From: an uncultured Anaerolineaceae bacterium
GTDB taxonomy: Bacteria > Chloroflexota > Limnocylindria > Limnocylindrales > CSP1-4
DNA length: 64,000 bases
Assembly (NCBI GenBank): GCA_964579825.1
Contig: CAZOHT010000010.1
Location: 36,624-100,623, forward strand
Direction of reading: 5' to 3'
The notes under the pieces were generated by a model that saw only the letters and a list, made by a program, of their open reading frames with translations, ran no database searches and had not been told where the DNA came from. The translations under genes and the position numbers were made by a program. This document shows, piece after piece, positions 9,260 through 18,492 of the stretch (its first letter is position 1; the number at the start of each line of letters is the position of its first letter).

Positions 9260-10188
9260 TGACCGCGTACCGCGCGGCCACCGCCGAGCAGGCGGCCTTC
9301 CTCGCCGACCTGGTGGAGCACGGCCATCTCGTGGCGACCGGCGTCGACGGCATCTACGGCCACGGTCCCGACTTCGATCGCGTGAGGCTGGCCTTCAGCG
9401 AGGTGATCTGGCGCCTCTCGGCCCCAGACGCCCCGGAACAGATGCGCTTCCCTCCGCTGCTGCCGCGGCACGAGATCGAGACGAACGGCTACCTGGCCTC
9501 CTTCCCGCACCTCGCGGGCACGGTGTTCTCGTTCGACGGCGACGAGGCGGACGCGCTCGAGTTGGAGGCCGTCGCCGCCCGGCACGAGGACTGGAGCCGA
9601 TTCCAGTCGATGACCGACCTGGTCGTCCTCCCGGCCGCCTGCTATCCGGTCTACCCCCAGGTCGCCAAGCGCGGACCGCTCACGCTCGAGGGCGTGACCG
9701 TGGATACGGGTCCGGCCTGGGTCTTCCGCCGAGAGCCGTCGGGCGATCCGGCGCGCCTGCAGATGTTCCACATGCACGAGCTCGTCCGGATCGGCGATCC
9801 CGATGTGGTGGCGGCGTGGCGGGACACGTGGCTCGGCCGGGTCACGGACCTGTTCGCGCGCCTGGGCCTGCAGGCCTGGTCGGAGATCGCGAACGACCCC
9901 TTCTTCGGGCGAGCCGGACGGATGCTCGCCGCGAACCAGCGAGCCCAGGAGTTGAAGTTCGAGCTCGTCGCGCTCGTCGGCGGCCCGGAGCCGACGGCGA
10001 TCGCCTCGTTCAACTACCACCAGGACCACTTCACGGCCGCCTACGGGATCGGCCTGGAGGGGGGCGGCGTCGCCCACACCGGCTGCCTCGGGTTCGGGGT
10101 GGAACGGATCGCCCTCGCGATGTTCCGCGCGAACGGGCTGGACGTGGCCACGTGGCCGGCCGAGGTGCGCTCGGAGCTGTGGCCATGA
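9259..10188 (+). CDS. amino acid--[carrier protein] ligase, truncated seryl-tRNA-synthetase-like class II enzyme
   Basis: 309 aa with class II aaRS motif 2 (VFRREPSGDPARLQMFHMHE) and motif 3 (GCLGFGVERIALAM). There is no N-terminal tRNA-binding arm. TAATG overlap with the upstream gene. Confidence 0.8.
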   Translation: MTAYRAATAEQAAFLADLVEHGHLVATGVDGIYGHGPDFDRVRLAFSEVIWRLSAPDAPEQMRFPPLLPRHEIETNGYLASFPHLAGTVFSFDGDEADALELEAVAARHEDWSRFQSMTDLVVLPAACYPVYPQVAKRGPLTLEGVTVDTGPAWVFRREPSGDPARLQMFHMHELVRIGDPDVVAAWRDTWLGRVTDLFARLGLQAWSEIANDPFFGRAGRMLAANQRAQELKFELVALVGGPEPTAIASFNYHQDHFTAAYGIGLEGGGVAHTGCLGFGVERIALAMFRANGLDVATWPAEVRSELWP

Positions 10189-11150
10189 CCCGGGGCATGG
10201 TCAGCCTGTTCGGCCACGACCCGGCGACCTACACGCCGCACTGGCTGCATGGCGGCGACCGGACCTATCTCGAGACCGATTGCTTCACGGACATCGTCAT
10301 CGAGTTGCTGCACGCGCGCGGCGACGAGCCAGTAGCCGCCCTGGGGTCGTTCGTCCGGATGGACTTCGAGAACGACCAGTGGACGTTCTTCAAGCCACAC
10401 GCCGTGGACCTCGAGGTCCTGTACGGGATGGACATCCACGAGATGCAGCCCTTCCGCCCGATCCCGCAGCAGATCGAGGAACTGCTCGGGCTGGGACGGA
10501 CGATGACCGTCGAGCTCGACGCGTGGTACCTGCCGGACACGGCCGCGACGAGCTATGGCAACGCGCACGTCAAGACCGGCGTCATCGCCGAGTCGATCGA
10601 TCTCGCGGGCGAGCGGTTCCGCTACTTCCACAACGCCTCGCTGTACGAACTGGGCGGCGACGACTTCCGTGGGATCTTCCGCCAGGGGCCCGGCTGGTCC
10701 GAGGACGTACTGCCGCCCTATCTCGAACTGATCCGGTTCGACGCGGGTCCATCCCTTCACGGCGAGGACCTGCGGGCGGCGGCGCGTGGGCTGCTCCGCG
10801 GGCACCTGGACCGGATCGTGCCGGGCAACCCGTTCGAACGGTTCGACGATCGCCTCCAGGCCGACCTCCCGACGATCCTGGCCGGTGACGACAAGCTGTA
10901 CCACGCGTACACGTTCGCCACGTTCCGGATGGCCGGATCCGGGTTCGAACTCCTGGGATCGCACGTGGACTGGCTCCTCGGCGAGGCCGGCGCACCGGCC
11001 TCGGCCGCGATGGCGCGCATCGTCGATGGCTGCAAGCTGCTGGGCTTCAAGTTGGCGCGGCGCCGCCCGTTCGACCCGAGCGAGGCCATGGCCGGCCTGC
11101 GCGATTCGTGGACCGAGGCGATAGGGTCGCTCGACGACGCCGTACGCTAG
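10185..11150 (+). CDS. DUF1839-family protein (conserved partner of aa:CP ligases, function unknown)
   Basis: 321-aa ORF starting MTRGMVSLFGHDP at an ATGA overlap. Family assignment is from recollection of the cassette (TYLETDCFTD..., WYLPDTA...). Coding-like composition. Confidence 0.6.
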   Translation: MTRGMVSLFGHDPATYTPHWLHGGDRTYLETDCFTDIVIELLHARGDEPVAALGSFVRMDFENDQWTFFKPHAVDLEVLYGMDIHEMQPFRPIPQQIEELLGLGRTMTVELDAWYLPDTAATSYGNAHVKTGVIAESIDLAGERFRYFHNASLYELGGDDFRGIFRQGPGWSEDVLPPYLELIRFDAGPSLHGEDLRAAARGLLRGHLDRIVPGNPFERFDDRLQADLPTILAGDDKLYHAYTFATFRMAGSGFELLGSHVDWLLGEAGAPASAAMARIVDGCKLLGFKLARRRPFDPSEAMAGLRDSWTEAIGSLDDAVR

Positions 11151-11154
11151 GGGC

Positions 11155-13740
11155 ATGCGCGCCGCCATGACACCTGCCCGGACCCGGATCGACGGGCACG
11201 AGCACATCCCGATCGACTCTGGCTGGCAGGCCGCGTCCGCCACACCCGACACCCGACCCGACCCCGGGAGTCTCGAGGGCCTCGAGTGGCTGGAGACCCG
11301 TGTCCCCGGTACGGCGGCCGGCGCGATGCGCGAGGCGGGGCGCACGCTGGGCGACCTGGACGCCGCGGACTGGTGGTTCCGGGTGACGTTCGAGGCGATG
11401 CCGGCGACCAGCGCAGAGGAGGTCGTCCTGTGCTTCGGCGGGATCGCCACGCTGGCCGAGGTCTTCCTGAACGGCGAGTCCCTGCTGACGAGCGAGTCGA
11501 TGTTCGCGGACCACGCCGTGGACGTCGGGTCGCGCCTGCGCGGGACGAATGAGCTCCTCATCCGATGCCGGGCGCTGACCCCACAGGTGGCCGTCCAGCG
11601 CAAGCCTCGGGCCCGCTGGCGGACGCGGCTCGTGGCGGACAACAACCTGCGCTGGTTCCGGACGATGCTGCTCGGGCGGATCCCCGGTTTCGCCGCCGGA
11701 CCCGCGGCTGTCGGGCCGTGGCGACCGGTCTGGCTGGAGCGACGGCGCCGTGTCCAGATCGACGACCTGGCGTTGCGGCCCCGGCTCGACGGCGACGATG
11801 GGCTCCTCGTCATCGATGCCGCCGTGCGTGGGATCGGCGGTTTCGCGCCGGACGCCGTCGGCGTCGAGGTCTCGGGGCCGACCGGTGTCGTCCACGCGTC
11901 CCTCACCGTCTCCTCGAACGGGGACGCCGTCACCGCCCGGGGCACGGTCCGCGTGCCAGCGGTCCAGCGTTGGTGGCCGCACACCCACGGCGACCCCGTC
12001 ACCTACGCCGTCCGGCTCTTCGTCGAGTCTGGCGGGACGGCCACGTCCGTCGACGCCGGCCGGGTCGGCTTCCGCGACATCGCGCCTGGCCCCACGGCGG
12101 ATCACGACATCGATCGGGACGGACTGGACCTGCAGGTCAACGGGATCCCGATCTTCGTCCGTGGGGCGCTGTGGACCCCGCTCGATATCGTCGGGCTCGC
12201 GCCGTCGGTCGACGACCTGCGGACCGCCATCCTCGCGGTCCGTGACGCGGGCATGAACATGCTGCGGGTCCCGGGCGTCGGTGCCTACGAGCAGGCGGCG
12301 TTCCACGACCTGTGCGACGAACAGGGGATCCTCGTCTGGCAGGACCTGATGTACGCGAGCATGGATTACCCGTTCGTCGACGACCGGTTCCGGGCCGTCG
12401 CGGAAGCCGAGGCACGGGCGGTCGTCGCGCGGATCGGGGGCCGTCCCAGCACGGCCGTCGTCTGTGGAAGCAGCGAGATCGAACAGCAGGTGGCGATGCT
12501 CGGCCTGGACCTGGGCCTCGCCCGGATCCCGTTCTTCGACACAACCGTACCCGCGATCCTGGCCGCCGCCGACGTCGACGCCGTGTTCGTGCCGTCCACC
12601 CCGTTCGGCGGCGACCTCCCGATGCGCCCGGACCGCGGCGTGACCAACTACTACGGCGTCGGTGGGTACCGCGGTCCGCTCTCGGACGCCCGGACGAGCG
12701 GCCTCCGCTTCGCCGGGGAGTGCCTCGCGTTCGCCAACGTGCCCACGGAGGCGTCGCTCGCCGAGCTCATCGATGGCCTGCCCGACCAGGGCTACGTCAA
12801 CCACCCGATCTGGAAGCTCGGTGTCGCCAGGGATCCCGGTGCGGGCTGGGACTTCGACGACATGCGCGACCACTATCTGCGGACGGTGTTCGGGCTGGAT
12901 CCGATCCCGATCCGACGCGGCGACGGGGACCGCTATCTCGAACTCTCGCGTGCGGTGACGGGCGAGATCATGGCCTACGCCTTCGGCGAATGGCGGCGCA
13001 CCGGCTCGCCATGCCGTGGCGGGCTGATCCTGTGGCTGCGCGATCTCGTCGGAGGGGCCGGCTGGGGCGTCGTGGACCACCGTGGCGCCCCGAAGACGGC
13101 CTACCACCACCTCCGGCGGATCCTGGCCCCCACGGCCGTCTGGCTGACGGATGAAATGACGGGCGGTGTCGTCGCGCACGTCGCCAACGACGGACCGACG
13201 CCCCTGTCGGCCAGGCTGCGCGTCGGGCTCTACTCGGACCTCGAACTGCCGGTCGGCCGGGGAGAGACCGCCATCGAGCTGCCCGCCCACGGCGCGGTCC
13301 ACCACGACGTCGAGGCGGTCATCGGTCGATTCGTGGATGCCGCCTGGGCGTTCCGGTTCGGGCCCCCCGCCCAGGACGCCATCGTCGTCAGCCTGGAACG
13401 CGACGGTGCGCACGGCGTCGAGCTGCTGTCGCAGGCCTTCCACTTCCCGGCCGGTCGACCACTGACCCCGGAACGCGGTGACCGGCTCGGTCTGTCGGCC
13501 AGCGCGGAACGGCACGGCGACGGGACGATCCGGCTCACGGTCGCGAGCCGGCGCCTGGCGTACGGGGTGCGGATCCATGTGCCCGGCTTCGCGACCTCCG
13601 ACGATGCGTTCTCCGTGGAGCCGGGTGGGACCCGGACGGTCGCGCTGACGCCGCTGACCCCGGACGCCGCCTTCCCTGGTGGCAACGTGTCCGCCCTGAA
13701 CCTGCGGGGTCGCGTCACGATCGGCGAGCGCAGCCCGTGA
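11155..13740 (+). CDS. glycoside hydrolase family 2-like protein (beta-mannosidase-like architecture)
   Basis: 861 aa. WWFRVTF, LCFGGIATLAEVFLNG, VNGIPIFVRGALW and NMLRV...DEQGILVWQDLMYA resemble GH2 sugar-binding and TIM-barrel segments. Confidence 0.7.
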   Translation: MRAAMTPARTRIDGHEHIPIDSGWQAASATPDTRPDPGSLEGLEWLETRVPGTAAGAMREAGRTLGDLDAADWWFRVTFEAMPATSAEEVVLCFGGIATLAEVFLNGESLLTSESMFADHAVDVGSRLRGTNELLIRCRALTPQVAVQRKPRARWRTRLVADNNLRWFRTMLLGRIPGFAAGPAAVGPWRPVWLERRRRVQIDDLALRPRLDGDDGLLVIDAAVRGIGGFAPDAVGVEVSGPTGVVHASLTVSSNGDAVTARGTVRVPAVQRWWPHTHGDPVTYAVRLFVESGGTATSVDAGRVGFRDIAPGPTADHDIDRDGLDLQVNGIPIFVRGALWTPLDIVGLAPSVDDLRTAILAVRDAGMNMLRVPGVGAYEQAAFHDLCDEQGILVWQDLMYASMDYPFVDDRFRAVAEAEARAVVARIGGRPSTAVVCGSSEIEQQVAMLGLDLGLARIPFFDTTVPAILAAADVDAVFVPSTPFGGDLPMRPDRGVTNYYGVGGYRGPLSDARTSGLRFAGECLAFANVPTEASLAELIDGLPDQGYVNHPIWKLGVARDPGAGWDFDDMRDHYLRTVFGLDPIPIRRGDGDRYLELSRAVTGEIMAYAFGEWRRTGSPCRGGLILWLRDLVGGAGWGVVDHRGAPKTAYHHLRRILAPTAVWLTDEMTGGVVAHVANDGPTPLSARLRVGLYSDLELPVGRGETAIELPAHGAVHHDVEAVIGRFVDAAWAFRFGPPAQDAIVVSLERDGAHGVELLSQAFHFPAGRPLTPERGDRLGLSASAERHGDGTIRLTVASRRLAYGVRIHVPGFATSDDAFSVEPGGTRTVALTPLTPDAAFPGGNVSALNLRGRVTIGERSP

Positions 13741-15545
13741 CGAGCGCATCGGCGATCGCCGGCGTGCCGTCGTCCCGCCCGCTCTGGCTGGACGTCGCAC
13801 CGGACCCCGTGTTCGGTACCCACCATGCGCCCCGCCCGGAGACGGCCCAGCGGACGGCGGTCCTCATCCTGCCGCCCTGGGGCTGGGATGAGGTGACCTC
13901 GTATGCCGCTCGACGCGCGTGGGCCGAACGGCTCGCCGCCGACGGCCATCACGCGCTCAGGATCGACCTGCCCGGGACGGGGGACAGCGGTGGCTCGCCA
14001 TCCGACCCGGACCGCGTCCAGGCCTGGACGGATGCCGTCTCGTCGGCGGCCGCCTGGCTCCGCTCGCAACCCGGCGTCACGCGCGTGGCGGCCATCGGGC
14101 TCGGGCTCGGTGGCCTCGTCGCAAGCCGCTCGATCGCCCAGGGCGCCGCCATCGACGATCTCGTGCTGTGGAGCGCGCCCGTCCGCGGCCGCTCGTTCCT
14201 GCGAGAACTGCGGGCCTTCGCCGCGATGCAGAGCTCTCGGTACAGCCTGACCGGGGAGCCGGAACCCGAGCTGCTGCCGGAAGGCTGGCTGGAAGTGGGC
14301 GGATTCGTCCTGTCCGCGGAGACGGTGGCGGACCTCGGGCCGCTCGAGATGACCGACATCCCTCCGGGCCGCGTGCAGCGAGCGCTGCTTCTCGAGCGCG
14401 ACGGGATGGGCCACGACGCGGCCCTCGAGGCCGCCCTGGTCGACCGGGGCGTCACGGTCGACGCGGCGAAGGGCGACGGATGGACCGCGATGGTCTTCCA
14501 TCCGGAGCGGTACGCCCCGCCACTGGACGTCTTCGATCGAGTGGTCGCGTGGCTGGCCGACGCGCCGGCAGGTGGGGCACCGGCTCTTGCCCAGCCGACC
14601 CCGACAGCGCTCGACACCGTGACGCTCCAGCTCGAGGGCCGGTCAGTCCAGGAATCCGCCGTCCGGATCGACCAGCCGTTCGGTCGGCTGTTCGGGATCC
14701 TCGGCCGCCCCGTGGACGTGCCCGCCACGGACCTGTGCGCCGTGTTCCTGAATGCCGGCGCCGTCCGGCGGATCGGCCCGAACCGGCTTTGGGTGGAAGG
14801 CGCCCGGCGCTGGAATGCGCGGGGCATCCCGACCATCCGGATGGACCTCGAGGGCATCGGCGATGCCGACGGCGATCCGCGACGGTACCTGGATGTCGGC
14901 AACTACTACACACCGGAGTACGGCGCCGAGGTCGGCGCCACCCTCGACGAGCTGGGTCGACGCGGGTTCGGCCCGCGCTTCGTCGTCATCGGCCTGTGCG
15001 CCGGGGGCTATTGGGCCTTCCAGACAGCTGCCGACGATCGCCGGATCGTGGAGGCCATCATCCTGAACCCGCGGGCCATGATGTGGGATCCCGACCTCCT
15101 CACGCGTCGTGAGGCCCGTAAGGTCGAGCGCCTCCTGGAGCCAGGACTCTGGAACAGCATCATCCACGGCGAGATCCCTGCGTCGAGGATGCTGAGCGTA
15201 TCCAGGGCGGTCGCGCGGCGGTCCGCAGCGACGGCCTTCGGGGCCGTACGGAGACTCGGTGCGGGGCGACGTGACACCTCGACGCCGGGGGGCACGGTCG
15301 AGACACGCCTCGACGCCCTGCGCGAGCACGGGACGCGGACCATCCTGGCGTTCTCGGGCGATGAGCCGGTGTACGGAGAGCTCGAGGACGAGGGGCTCTT
15401 CACGCAGCTCGGACGCTGGCCGAACCTGAGCGTCGAACGACTCCCCGGGGTCGATCATACGGTCCGTCCGATCGCCGCCCAGCGTGCCGTCCACGAACTG
15501 CTCGGTCGCGAAGTCGAGCGCCTCCTTGGCGCCGGCCCGGGCTGA
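13737..15545 (+). CDS. tandem alpha/beta-hydrolase-fold protein (two fused domains)
   Basis: Two repeats of the pattern 'A(V/L)(I/F)L(P/N)...DLxGxGDSxG...nucleophile elbow'. The first elbow is AIGLGLGG (no Ser/Cys) and the second is VIGLCAGG (Cys). GTGA overlap with the GH2-like gene. Confidence 0.7.
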   Translation: MTSASAIAGVPSSRPLWLDVAPDPVFGTHHAPRPETAQRTAVLILPPWGWDEVTSYAARRAWAERLAADGHHALRIDLPGTGDSGGSPSDPDRVQAWTDAVSSAAAWLRSQPGVTRVAAIGLGLGGLVASRSIAQGAAIDDLVLWSAPVRGRSFLRELRAFAAMQSSRYSLTGEPEPELLPEGWLEVGGFVLSAETVADLGPLEMTDIPPGRVQRALLLERDGMGHDAALEAALVDRGVTVDAAKGDGWTAMVFHPERYAPPLDVFDRVVAWLADAPAGGAPALAQPTPTALDTVTLQLEGRSVQESAVRIDQPFGRLFGILGRPVDVPATDLCAVFLNAGAVRRIGPNRLWVEGARRWNARGIPTIRMDLEGIGDADGDPRRYLDVGNYYTPEYGAEVGATLDELGRRGFGPRFVVIGLCAGGYWAFQTAADDRRIVEAIILNPRAMMWDPDLLTRREARKVERLLEPGLWNSIIHGEIPASRMLSVSRAVARRSAATAFGAVRRLGAGRRDTSTPGGTVETRLDALREHGTRTILAFSGDEPVYGELEDEGLFTQLGRWPNLSVERLPGVDHTVRPIAAQRAVHELLGREVERLLGAGPG

Positions 15546-15585
15546 AGGTCGTGCTGGTGCCGGGGCCGATGGCGCGACCGTGCCC

Positions 15586-16386
15586 ATGACCGACCCTGGG
15601 CTCGACGCGCAGCAGCGTCGGGCGAACGACCGACTGTGGCGCCGTGGCCGGGATCTCGTGTCGGCCTACGCGACGCGTCTTCTGCGACCGGTCGAGGTGT
15701 TGCTGCTCGTCCGATATCGCGAGGCGCTGTCGGCGCGGACCCTGGAACTCGGCAGCGGGGCTGGAAGGCTGACCGGATACCTGATCGAGGTGGGATCCGA
15801 CGTCCACGGCATCGACATCTCGCCGGCGATGATCGCCTACTGCCGCAACCGCTATCCTCGCGGCACCTTCACCAGGGCGGATCTGCGGGCGGTCGACACG
15901 ATCCCAGGTGGACCGTTCGATGCGGTCTTCGCGCCCTTCAACGTCCTCGATGTACTGACCGACGGCGAACGCGGCGCGCTCCTCGACCGGATCGGCGCGG
16001 TCCTCGCCGACGACGGGCTGTTCATCATGTCGACGCACAATCGCGGATACGCGCCGCGCCTGGCCGACCCATTCGCCCTTCGTGGCAAGACCTTGCGCCG
16101 GATCGTCGAAACGGCGATCCATCTCCCAACCTGGTACCGGAACCGTAAGCGCGTCCTGCCGTTCGAGCACGAGGAGCCGGGCTACGCCGTCCTGAACGAC
16201 GTTTCGCACGACTTCAAGGCCCTGCATTACTACATCTCACGGGACGCGCAGGAGCAGCAGCTCGAGGCTCATGGGTTCGCATTCATCGAGTGCCTTGACC
16301 TCGACGGTCGCGAGGTGCCGCCCGGAGCCTTGGCCGAGGACTGCCCGGAACTCCACTACGTGGCACGACGAGCCCGGACGACCTGA
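15586..16386 (+). CDS. class I SAM-dependent methyltransferase
   Basis: Motif I LELGSGAGRLTGYL, then HGIDISPAMI and DAVFAPFNVL. ATG at 15586 lies 40 nt after the upstream stop. Confidence 0.8.
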   Translation: MTDPGLDAQQRRANDRLWRRGRDLVSAYATRLLRPVEVLLLVRYREALSARTLELGSGAGRLTGYLIEVGSDVHGIDISPAMIAYCRNRYPRGTFTRADLRAVDTIPGGPFDAVFAPFNVLDVLTDGERGALLDRIGAVLADDGLFIMSTHNRGYAPRLADPFALRGKTLRRIVETAIHLPTWYRNRKRVLPFEHEEPGYAVLNDVSHDFKALHYYISRDAQEQQLEAHGFAFIECLDLDGREVPPGALAEDCPELHYVARRARTT

Positions 16387-16388
16387 CC

Positions 16389-17819
16389 TCAGTCGTACGA
16401 CTCCAGACAGCGGCGGACATGGTCGCGTCCGACGTTCCAGTCGTAGGCGCGGAAGACGTGCAGATCTGCGATGTGCTGCGCGGCCGAGTAGAACATCTCG
16501 TACTGGAGCTGCCGTCCCGCGAACTCCGTGCCGACCAGGTCCCACATGAGCTTCAGGAGCTTGACCCGCTCGCGCGCCGACATCGTGGCGGAGCCGTAGT
16601 AGCGCTCGACGTCCTCGGCGGTCTCGGGGGCCTCGAAGCTCTCCTCGGACGGCATCGCGATGAAGCCGCCGCCGCCCAGTTCGCGCAGTGCCCGCATGAG
16701 GTCCACGACCCAGCGGCGCTGCAGGCTGATGCCGGCGTGGACGAATCGGGGCGCCGGGAGGGCCATGGCACCGCGCATCTCCGGCTTGGCCTCGGCCGCC
16801 AGGATGATCGCCTCGAGGGCCGAACAGAACGCTGCGATGTCGCCGCCCAGCTGCGCCTGGACCGGCGGGATCGCCGACAGGCCATGCGCATCCGCGAGCT
16901 CGATCGCCAGCCCGGACGCGAACTCCATCTTGACCAGGAACCGGATCAGACCCTGGTAGTTCGCCAGGAGGTGCGCGCCGGTCTCGTAGAACTGGGCGTT
17001 GACGAGCTTGATGTCGCGATGGACGAACACGTGCTCCCAGGGCACGAACACGTCGCGCATGACGACCAGGCTGTCCGACTCGTCGAAGCGGGAGGAGAGC
17101 GGGTAGTCGAACGTGCTGGTCGCGAGTGAGGCATACGGCCGTCGCGGGTAGACGCGCAGGCCCTCGCTGGCGAGGGGCATGACCACGGAGATCGCGTAGT
17201 CCTCGTCGCCCGGCTGCAGCGGTGTGATGTAGCTGAGGAACAGGTAGTCCGCGATGGCTGCGGACGTGCCGATCATCTGGGCGCCGCGGATGACGATCCC
17301 ATCGTCACGCTCCTCGACGATGCCCGGGTACAGGAATGGCTCCGGCTGGAGGTGGGCGGGCTTGGACCGGTCGACCTGGGGCGGTGTGATGGCGTAGGCC
17401 ACGTACCAGTCGTTGTCGCGGGCCTTTCGGTAGAAGTCGGCCACGTTGTCACCGAATCGCTTCCCACCGCGGTCGAACACCCCGCGCATCCCGAAGAAGG
17501 CGGTGATCATCGCGGCGGCGTGGTCCGGCGTCCGGCCCATCAACCCGAATCCGCCTTCGGCCCAGTGCCGATGCATGCGACGGCGCATCGTGAGGTCGGC
17601 CGCATCGCGTGGCGGAAGCCACATCGCGTCGTGTGTCGCACCATCCGCCTCGAAGCCGATGTCGCCGCGCTCGATCGCGCCGTCGTACAGGGACGCGGTC
17701 ACGCGCGCCGGACCGGCAAAGCCCGGGTGGGTCGTGACGTCGTCGACCAGCTCACCGTCCAGCAGGATGGTCCGGCCGTCGTGAGCGATCCCGGCGAGAT
17801 AGTCAGATCCGCGACGCAT
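16389..17819 (-). CDS. hpaB: 4-hydroxyphenylacetate 3-monooxygenase-family oxygenase component (HpaB/TC-FDM)
   Basis: 476 aa with HpaB-family segments (ITPPQVDRSK, IRGAQMIGT, FDYPLSSRFDE, YSAAQ). Substrate unknown. Confidence 0.75.
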   Translation of the reverse strand: MRRGSDYLAGIAHDGRTILLDGELVDDVTTHPGFAGPARVTASLYDGAIERGDIGFEADGATHDAMWLPPRDAADLTMRRRMHRHWAEGGFGLMGRTPDHAAAMITAFFGMRGVFDRGGKRFGDNVADFYRKARDNDWYVAYAITPPQVDRSKPAHLQPEPFLYPGIVEERDDGIVIRGAQMIGTSAAIADYLFLSYITPLQPGDEDYAISVVMPLASEGLRVYPRRPYASLATSTFDYPLSSRFDESDSLVVMRDVFVPWEHVFVHRDIKLVNAQFYETGAHLLANYQGLIRFLVKMEFASGLAIELADAHGLSAIPPVQAQLGGDIAAFCSALEAIILAAEAKPEMRGAMALPAPRFVHAGISLQRRWVVDLMRALRELGGGGFIAMPSEESFEAPETAEDVERYYGSATMSARERVKLLKLMWDLVGTEFAGRQLQYEMFYSAAQHIADLHVFRAYDWNVGRDHVRRCLESYD

Positions 17820-17955
17820 GCAGGGGTTGCCTCATCGTTCGATCGATCGAGCCCGGCGGTCCGGGGACGACGAGAGTATGGGATGGACGGCTCGGCCGAC
17901 CACAGGACGTTCGTCGGGGTGCGTGAACGCACCAGACGGCGCACGATACCGCGTG

Positions 17956-18489
17956 ATGAGCGACGCCGAACTCTTCCGCCAGGCTTTCAGGCGCTATGCG
18001 ACGACCGTCGCGGTCCTGACCTACCAGGATTCCTCTGACATCGCGTGCGGGATGACCGCCACGTCGATCTGCTCACTGTCGGCGTCGCCGCCGTCCTTGC
18101 TGGTGTGCATCAACAAGGAGGCGCGGGCCCACGCCGAGATCATCGGGCGGGGCTCGTTCGGGGTGAACCTCCTGTCGGTCGAGCAGCGGCCGATCGCCCT
18201 GCACTGCAGTCGCACCGGCGGGGACAAGCACCTCCGCACGGACTGGCTTTCGGAGGATGCGGCGGCCGGCGCGACGCCGCGGCTCATCGGTGCGCTGGCC
18301 CACCTCGAGCTGCAGATCGACCGGACGTACGAGGCGTACTCCCACACGATGTTCCTGGGCCTGATCCAGTCAGTCTGGCTCAACCCCGTGGACGCCCCGC
18401 CCCTGCTCTACCACGGCGGGACGTACGGTCAGCTGGAGACGGCGGCGGAACGGACCGAGCGATTCCACTGGGAACTGCACGCCGACTGA
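17956..18489 (+). CDS. NAD(P)H-flavin reductase (flavin reductase-like domain)
   Basis: FRQAFRRYATTVAVLT...GMTATSICSLSASPPSLLVCINK is the classic HpaC/Fre-type flavin reductase domain. Divergent from hpaB. Confidence 0.8.
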   Translation: MSDAELFRQAFRRYATTVAVLTYQDSSDIACGMTATSICSLSASPPSLLVCINKEARAHAEIIGRGSFGVNLLSVEQRPIALHCSRTGGDKHLRTDWLSEDAAAGATPRLIGALAHLELQIDRTYEAYSHTMFLGLIQSVWLNPVDAPPLLYHGGTYGQLETAAERTERFHWELHAD

Positions 18490-18492
18490 ACC

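Noticed and set aside
11047-13800. 917-aa ORF on the minus strand
   Set aside because: It is antisense to the well-supported GH2-like gene. Its composition is dominated by Arg/Gly/Pro/Asp runs with no family motif, which is the typical shadow ORF of a GC-rich genome.
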